Shown: positions 58,937-64,000 of the stretch, piece by piece
How the letters are laid out: the number at the start of each line of letters is the position of its first letter
Position numbering within the stretch: the stretch's first letter is position 1
Assembly (NCBI GenBank): GCA_021513695.1
Contig: CP084166.1
Location: 1,024,001-1,088,000 of the forward strand
From: Candidatus Heimdallarchaeum aukensis
GTDB taxonomy: Archaea; Asgardarchaeota; Heimdallarchaeia; Heimdallarchaeales; Heimdallarchaeaceae
Reading direction: 5' to 3'
Length of the DNA: 64,000 bases
The notes under the pieces: generated by a model
The model's input: the letters and a program-made list of their open reading frames with translations, nothing else
Told to the model about the DNA's origin: nothing
Database searches by the model: none
Position numbers and translations under genes: made by a program

Positions 58937-58994
58937 TTTTATTTTGTAATTAGAAAAGATTTATATAAACTTTCGTATATTTCGAATCAGAAAG

Positions 58995-59672
58995 GTGAAT
59001 AAAATGGAAAAAGGATATGAAGAAACCGGAAAAATACCTTTAATAGGGACACAGTTCCCAAAAATGGTTGTAAACACATCTCAAGGAATGAAAAAACTTC
59101 CCATGGATTACAAAGGAAAATGGGTCGTTTTGTTTAGCCATCCTGCAGACTTTACACCCGTATGTACCACTGAATTTGTTAGCTTTCAAAAGCACTATGA
59201 CCAATTTAAAGAACTAAATGTTGAACTTATAGGATTAAGCATGGACCAAGTTTTTAGTCATATAAAATGGATTGACTGGATAAAGGAACAACTAGATGTG
59301 GAGATTAAATTCCCAATAATTGCAGATCATGGAGAAGTAGCTCGTAAACTTGGAATGTTGCATTATAAAGCCACAAATACTGTTAGAGCTGTATTTATCA
59401 TTGATCCTAAAGGAATAATTCGTGCAATTTTATATTACCCAAGTGAACTTGGAAGAAATATGAAAGAAATATTAAGAATGATAAAAGGCTTAAAATTTGC
59501 TGAAGAACACAATGTAGCTATTCCAGCCAACTGGCCTGAAAATGAACTTATTCAAGATAAAGTAATCATACCTCCTGCAGGAGATGTAGAAACAGCAAAA
59601 GACAGACTTGCTCATGCCAAAGCTGGAGAACATGAGTGCTTTGATTGGTGGTTCTGTTATAAAAAAGTATAA
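58995..59672 (+). CDS. Peroxiredoxin of the Prx6/1-Cys archaeal type.
   Basis: [15 protein letters not shown] active site and the C-terminal CFDWWFC typical of archaeal Prx. Confidence 0.9.
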   Translation: MNKMEKGYEETGKIPLIGTQFPKMVVNTSQGMKKLPMDYKGKWVVLFSHPADFTPVCTTEFVSFQKHYDQFKELNVELIGLSMDQVFSHIKWIDWIKEQLDVEIKFPIIADHGEVARKLGMLHYKATNTVRAVFIIDPKGIIRAILYYPSELGRNMKEILRMIKGLKFAEEHNVAIPANWPENELIQDKVIIPPAGDVETAKDRLAHAKAGEHECFDWWFCYKKV

Positions 59673-59738
59673 TTTTTTTTCTTATCTTTTTATTTTTTAT
59701 AGACAATTTTTAAAAAATGGCTAATGAAAGAATAGTTA

Positions 59739-60584
59739 ATGAATGATGATAAACACATAGAATTCTTAACAACAAAGACTAATCCTGAAGTTAAAATCAG
59801 GTTAATGACAATAAAAGCAAAGAATTCTAAATATTCTAATCGTAATTTTTTTCTAATTATGGGGTGGTTAAGTGAAATTAACTTATTTGAACCACTAGCT
59901 GAACAATTAGCAGAATTTGGTAATGTTTTCATTTATGAACCCAGGGGGTACGGAAAATCTATCACACCTCACAAAAAAGGGCTTTTTTCAATTGAGGAGT
60001 ATAATAAAGAAATATCTACTGTCCTACAATTAAAGGGGCTAAAAGATAAAGAATTCATTATTTTTGGTAGTTGCTCTGGTGGAGCAATGGCTTTCTGCTA
60101 TTATTTGGACGGCAAAGGCCCTAAACCTTTTGCAATGGCTATTATCAGCCCTCAACCACATTACAAAACACCTTTTTGGTTACCTATCTTTGGCCATTTA
60201 CCCAACTTTCTTATGAATTTTATTCAAAAATTAATTATTATTTTTATGAATATTTATCTGAAATTTAAAGATCCTGAGGAAGTAAAAAACGTTATTCATG
60301 CAAAAACACAATTAACAAAAAATGATGCATGGTGTCTTCGTAGATTTGTTCATGAATTCATAATCCCTTACGATATCAGAGATAGAATAGCTGATATAGA
60401 CATTCCTATGGTAATGTTTGTAGGCAAAAAAGACCATTTTCTAAACCTAGAGCAATCAAAACAATTCTTACTTAACCCTAAATCCAAATTAATTGAGCTT
60501 GAAGAAACTGCTCATAGAATTCAAGAAGGAAATGAAAAGAAAATGGCTGAAGAAACAAATATTTTTCTTGAAAATCTACTCTAG
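59739..60584 (+). CDS. Alpha/beta-hydrolase-fold protein, possibly with a Cys nucleophile (dienelactone-hydrolase-like).
   Basis: IIFGSCSGGAMAF has G-x-C-x-G at the nucleophile elbow. Confidence 0.45.
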   Translation: MNDDKHIEFLTTKTNPEVKIRLMTIKAKNSKYSNRNFFLIMGWLSEINLFEPLAEQLAEFGNVFIYEPRGYGKSITPHKKGLFSIEEYNKEISTVLQLKGLKDKEFIIFGSCSGGAMAFCYYLDGKGPKPFAMAIISPQPHYKTPFWLPIFGHLPNFLMNFIQKLIIIFMNIYLKFKDPEEVKNVIHAKTQLTKNDAWCLRRFVHEFIIPYDIRDRIADIDIPMVMFVGKKDHFLNLEQSKQFLLNPKSKLIELEETAHRIQEGNEKKMAEETNIFLENLL

Positions 60585-61519
60585 TGAACTTTCTTTTTCT
60601 TTACTTCTTCTATTTGCTCAATTGTTGGAACTAGTGAAACTATTATTGTTCCTTCACCAGTATTTACTCCAATTATCGGACTGCATACAGACTTATAGAT
60701 AGAAGACAATTCTACTTTTTGTTTAAGTTTGTTTTCTATATATTCTACCCCTTGTTCGTTGTTTAAATGTGTAATAATCATGTTATATTTCCAGCCGTTT
60801 TTTATTTTACTAAGAGTTAAATGAACCAATCGTTTAACCATTGATCTCTTAAAAAAAAGACCAGGAAACTTTGAAATCAATTTCCCTTGTTTAGACATTA
60901 TAGCAACAGGCTTTACCTTCATAAATCTTGTAAAGTCAAGTAGTAGTTTTGATTTTAGTCTTCCAGATTTATAGACATTATCTAATGTTAGAAAACCAAC
61001 TGTAAGAATAGAATATTTTTTCATTTCTTCTAGTATTTCAATTATATATTCCAACTCTTTTCCTTTTTTAGCTAGTTTCGCAGCAGTGAGAACAAGCAAT
61101 CCTTGTACTCCTGAAGCTGAAACAGAATCAATGAGAGTTATTTTTCCTTTAAACTTTCTAGCGATTATTCTAACACTATTAAAAGTTGAAGTTAGAGCTG
61201 AAGAAACAGAAATATAAATGATATGATCATATTTTTGTTTATTTAGCGCATTATCAAAAGCAGTTTGATAATCTGCAATATCTGGTGCAGAAGATTGAGG
61301 TAAATAATCAAGTTTTGCAATTTCATTGTAATATTCTGAAATGGATAGATCTTTTCCGACTTTCCATACTTTATCTTTTAATAAAACATTATGTGGTATT
61401 TGTTCAATATCCCATTCATCATAGAGTTCAACTGGCAAGTCTGCAGCAGAATCAGTAATGATTTTGATTTTCATTCTTATTATGAAGCTAATAGCACTAA
61501 TGTTAAATTTTTCCTCCAA
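60581..61519 (-). CDS. DegV-family fatty-acid-binding protein.
   Basis: The N-terminus KIKIITDSAADLP is the DegV signature start. Confidence 0.8.
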   Translation of the reverse strand: MEEKFNISAISFIIRMKIKIITDSAADLPVELYDEWDIEQIPHNVLLKDKVWKVGKDLSISEYYNEIAKLDYLPQSSAPDIADYQTAFDNALNKQKYDHIIYISVSSALTSTFNSVRIIARKFKGKITLIDSVSASGVQGLLVLTAAKLAKKGKELEYIIEILEEMKKYSILTVGFLTLDNVYKSGRLKSKLLLDFTRFMKVKPVAIMSKQGKLISKFPGLFFKRSMVKRLVHLTLSKIKNGWKYNMIITHLNNEQGVEYIENKLKQKVELSSIYKSVCSPIIGVNTGEGTIIVSLVPTIEQIEEVKKKKVH

Positions 61520-61611
61520 AAATTTAGAAATAATTTGTTTTTATTATTTAGTTGCTTGGGAAAAAAACATAAACATCAAAACATAGATAATTTAGAGAGA
61601 GTTGGTTTAAA

Positions 61612-63372
61612 TTGAGAACTGAAGAAATAATTTCATATGCAATGGCTGATAAGAAGGCAAGTTTAATTTTGAGAGGAGGAAAAGTAGCTAATGTTTATAC
61701 AAGAGAACTAATTGATGCAGACGTTGTAATTGCAGATAATTATATTGTATATGTTGGAAAAAACACAGATGATTTTAAAGGTGAAGAAACACAAATTATT
61801 GAGTTAGAAAACAAGGTAATCTGCCCAGGATTAATAGAATCACATATTCACGTTGAATCATCCATGTTATCTTTAACTGAATTCTCCAAAGTTGTAGTTT
61901 CTAAAGGAACCACCACATGTGTAATTGATCCCCACGAAATCGCAAATGTTTGTGGAATTGAAGGTATAAACCTATTTATTGAAGAAAGTAAAGAATTACC
62001 TGTGAAATTTTTAATTGAAGCTCCTTCTTGTGTTCCTTCTTTATCTGGTTTTGAAACACCAGGAGCTGAATTAGATGTCAAAAAAATCATAAAGTTGCTT
62101 AAAAAAGATGAGATATTTGGTTTAGCAGAGATGATGAATTTTCCTGGAGTTTACCTCCGATTTCCTGATGTACTAGGAAAAATTGATGCTGCAAAAAAAT
62201 CTAAAAAGATAGTAGAAGGGCATGCTCCTCTCTTAACAAATAAAGAATTACAAGCATATATTGCTGCTGGAATTTCTTCTGACCATGAAGCTACAACAGC
62301 AGAAGAAGCTTTAGAAAAACTGCGTTTAGGAATGAAACTACAAATTAGAGAAGGTTCTTTTGCTAAAGATCTTGAAAACATATTCTCCGATTTGATAAAA
62401 TATGACATTGATTATAGGAACATTATTATTGCTTCTGATGATAGAAATCCAATTGATTTAGTTGAAAAAGGTCATTTAGATTACTCTTTTAGAAAACTTG
62501 TTAAACTAGGTGTTGACCCCATCAAAGCTTTACAGATGTTTACTATTAACACAGCAACTCACCTAAAATTGGATAACAAAATAGGTGGAATCTCTCCTGG
62601 TAAAATTGCAGATATTGTAGTGGTTAACGATTTGGAGAACTTTAACGTGGAAATGACTATTGTTGAAGGAAAGATTATTTATAGAGAGAATAAGGTTCAA
62701 CAAAATATTATTAGAAAAAAATATCCCAAATCTGTTTTAGAAACAATGAAATTTTTTGAAGTTCCTTCAGTCAATGACCTTATGATTGATGAGGAAGAGG
62801 AAGAGATAACTGTTAATGTAATCGGATTAAAGGAACATTCTCTAATTACTGAACATTTACAATTAAAATTAAAAGCAACAGATGGATACCTTCAACCAGA
62901 TTTAGAACAAGATATTCTCCCTGTTTTTGTTATAAATCGCCATACACCAGAGAAAAATATCGGAAAAGGTTTTATCCAAGGTTTAGGAATAAAAGAAGGT
63001 GCTTTAGCAAGTACAATAGCTCACGATTGTCATCAAGTAATTTGTACTGGAACTAGTTATGACCTAATTATACAAGCTTTACAAAAAATCAAAGAAATAG
63101 GTGGAGGACAAGTTGTTGTAACAAAAAACAGTGTAGCAACACTTCCTTTGAAAATTGCTGGATTAATGAGTACTGAAACTTCTTCAGAAGTTGTTAAAAA
63201 AATAAGAAACATTAATCAAGAGTTGAAGAAACTTCAACCAGCATTATCAGAACCCTTTATGGCTCTAGCTTTTGTAGCTTTACCTGTAATTCCACACTTG
63301 AAAATAACTGATAAAGGATTAGTAAATGTTGATGCTTTTAGTTTCATTGAATTAAAAGTTCTAGAAAAATAG
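61612..63372 (+). CDS. ade: Adenine deaminase.
   Basis: Amidohydrolase motif PGLIESHIHVESSM, then HAPLLT...SSDHEAT. 586 aa, typical for Ade. Confidence 0.85.
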   Translation: MRTEEIISYAMADKKASLILRGGKVANVYTRELIDADVVIADNYIVYVGKNTDDFKGEETQIIELENKVICPGLIESHIHVESSMLSLTEFSKVVVSKGTTTCVIDPHEIANVCGIEGINLFIEESKELPVKFLIEAPSCVPSLSGFETPGAELDVKKIIKLLKKDEIFGLAEMMNFPGVYLRFPDVLGKIDAAKKSKKIVEGHAPLLTNKELQAYIAAGISSDHEATTAEEALEKLRLGMKLQIREGSFAKDLENIFSDLIKYDIDYRNIIIASDDRNPIDLVEKGHLDYSFRKLVKLGVDPIKALQMFTINTATHLKLDNKIGGISPGKIADIVVVNDLENFNVEMTIVEGKIIYRENKVQQNIIRKKYPKSVLETMKFFEVPSVNDLMIDEEEEEITVNVIGLKEHSLITEHLQLKLKATDGYLQPDLEQDILPVFVINRHTPEKNIGKGFIQGLGIKEGALASTIAHDCHQVICTGTSYDLIIQALQKIKEIGGGQVVVTKNSVATLPLKIAGLMSTETSSEVVKKIRNINQELKKLQPALSEPFMALAFVALPVIPHLKITDKGLVNVDAFSFIELKVLEK

Positions 63373-63550
63373 TTACTTAAGAATACATTTGTATTTTTAA
63401 TAGTACTTCCGCAATAAGTTGACTGATTTCTATAGGTTAAAATTATAGGAGTTCATACTATCATTGGCGTGTTCTCAATTCATACTTTTTGAGATAATTC
63501 GGAAGTACTATTTTAATTAAAAATATTTTTATAATGAATTTTCTTTTTTT

Positions 63551-64000
63551 CTTGATTTCTATGACAGATGAAATTATTGTCAGAACTAAAGATTTGCGAA
63601 GAACTTTTGAGTTTGGAGAAACAGAAGTTATAGCTTTAGATAAAATAGATATGGAAATAAGAAGAGGAGAATTTGCAGTGGTTCTTGGTCCTTCTGGATC
63701 AGGAAAAACTACCTTACTTAATATGATAGGAGGAATTGACAAACCTACAAAAGGAAAAGTGGAAGTAGATGGAGAAGAAATAACAGCTTACGACAAAGAT
63801 AAACTAAATGAATATAGAAGAAATGATGTAGGCTGGATTTTTCAATTTTTCAACATTGTAGCAAGTCTTAGAGCTTGGGAAAATGTTGGTTTAGCTTTAG
63901 AATTTAAAGAGGGGTATAAAACCTCAGAGATAAAAAAACTCTCTTATGAAATTTTAGAACATGTTGGGCTAAAAGGAAAAGAAGAAAGATTTCCCAGCCA
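63551..64000 (+). CDS. ABC transporter ATP-binding protein (MacB/LolD-like), 3'-truncated by the window end.
   Basis: ATG at 63551. VVLGPSGSGKTTLLNMIGG is the Walker A, followed by a Q-loop (FQFFNI). The frame runs open to the window end. Confidence 0.8.

Noticed and set aside
58915-58940. GGTTCGAAT, resembling a tRNA T-arm/T-loop (GTTCGAATC).
   Set aside because: No acceptor, D or anticodon arms fit around it. It lies within the start of a protein gene and is better explained as a palindromic operator.
63461-63742. Minus-strand ORF 63461..63742 (93 aa).
   Set aside because: It overlaps the start of a clear ABC ATPase gene on the plus strand, and its translation is low-complexity.
1-64000. 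Search for CRISPR arrays, rRNA and tRNA genes.
   Set aside because: No regularly spaced 25-40-bp repeats with unique spacers were found. The repeats present are the CT tracts, the 42-bp direct-repeat pair, the 8-bp GTA units and the gene duplication. No rRNA-like or cloverleaf-capable segments were seen.
1-64000. Giant-virus or eukaryotic origin, suggested by the low GC, the huge ORFs and the polypyrimidine tracts.
   Set aside because: The gene content is cellular and prokaryotic: glnA, lrp, fprA, ade, MFS transporters, IS6, TnpB, and SD-like GGTGA/GAGG sequences before several starts.

Overview
This is an AT-rich (roughly 28-30% GC by eye) prokaryotic chromosome segment, most likely archaeal. 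Signs of that are an archaeal-type Prx6 peroxiredoxin ending in CFDWWFC, Lrp/AsnC regulators, frequent TTG/GTG starts, and IS6 plus TnpB elements. All homology calls below are made by eye from motifs, with no database searches.

The left third (1-22 kb) is an accessory, defense-island-like region. Its contents, in order:
- a partial TnpB (IS200/IS605 OrfB) gene running off the window start;
- a 5'-truncated, frameshifted FG-GAP/TSP3 surface-protein gene;
- a HEPN-domain protein;
- a PUA-less TGT-superfamily (DpdA-like) transglycosylase;
- a GNAT-toxin (TacT/AtaT/KacT-like) pair;
- a 2.4-kb two-gene cassette bracketed by 42-bp direct repeats;
- a CcrM/M.HinfI-type adenine methyltransferase with an adjacent putative restriction endonuclease;
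- a tightly coupled four-gene minus-strand operon (973-aa protein, 1153-aa P-loop NTPase with a possible N-terminal PD-(D/E)xK fold, 636-aa ABC/OLD-type ATPase, 339-aa Cys4 partner). I cannot assign this operon to any defense system I know, and I regard it as the best candidate for an undescribed system.

The middle (22-45 kb) mixes housekeeping genes with accessory features. Housekeeping genes include HAD hydrolase, CPBP protease, flavodiiron protein, endonuclease V, an EutA-like reactivase, glnA with a divergent lrp, and FG-GAP surface proteins. Accessory features include a VapBC-like pair, a ~600-bp tandem partial gene duplication, an RHH/retropepsin-like pair with a repeat-rich operator, an orphan amino-methyltransferase, and an IS graveyard. 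The graveyard holds an IS6-family element with 18-19-bp terminal inverted repeats and a transposase broken by a single frameshift, next to a GC-rich TnpB C-terminal remnant.

The right third (45-64 kb) is mostly membrane, transport and metabolism genes: MFS transporters, TauE/SafE, MBL hydrolase, sugar-phosphate isomerase, alpha/beta hydrolases, ICMT-like protein, Lrp, peroxiredoxin, DegV, adenine deaminase, and a partial ABC ATPase. No CRISPR arrays, rRNA or tRNA genes were seen.
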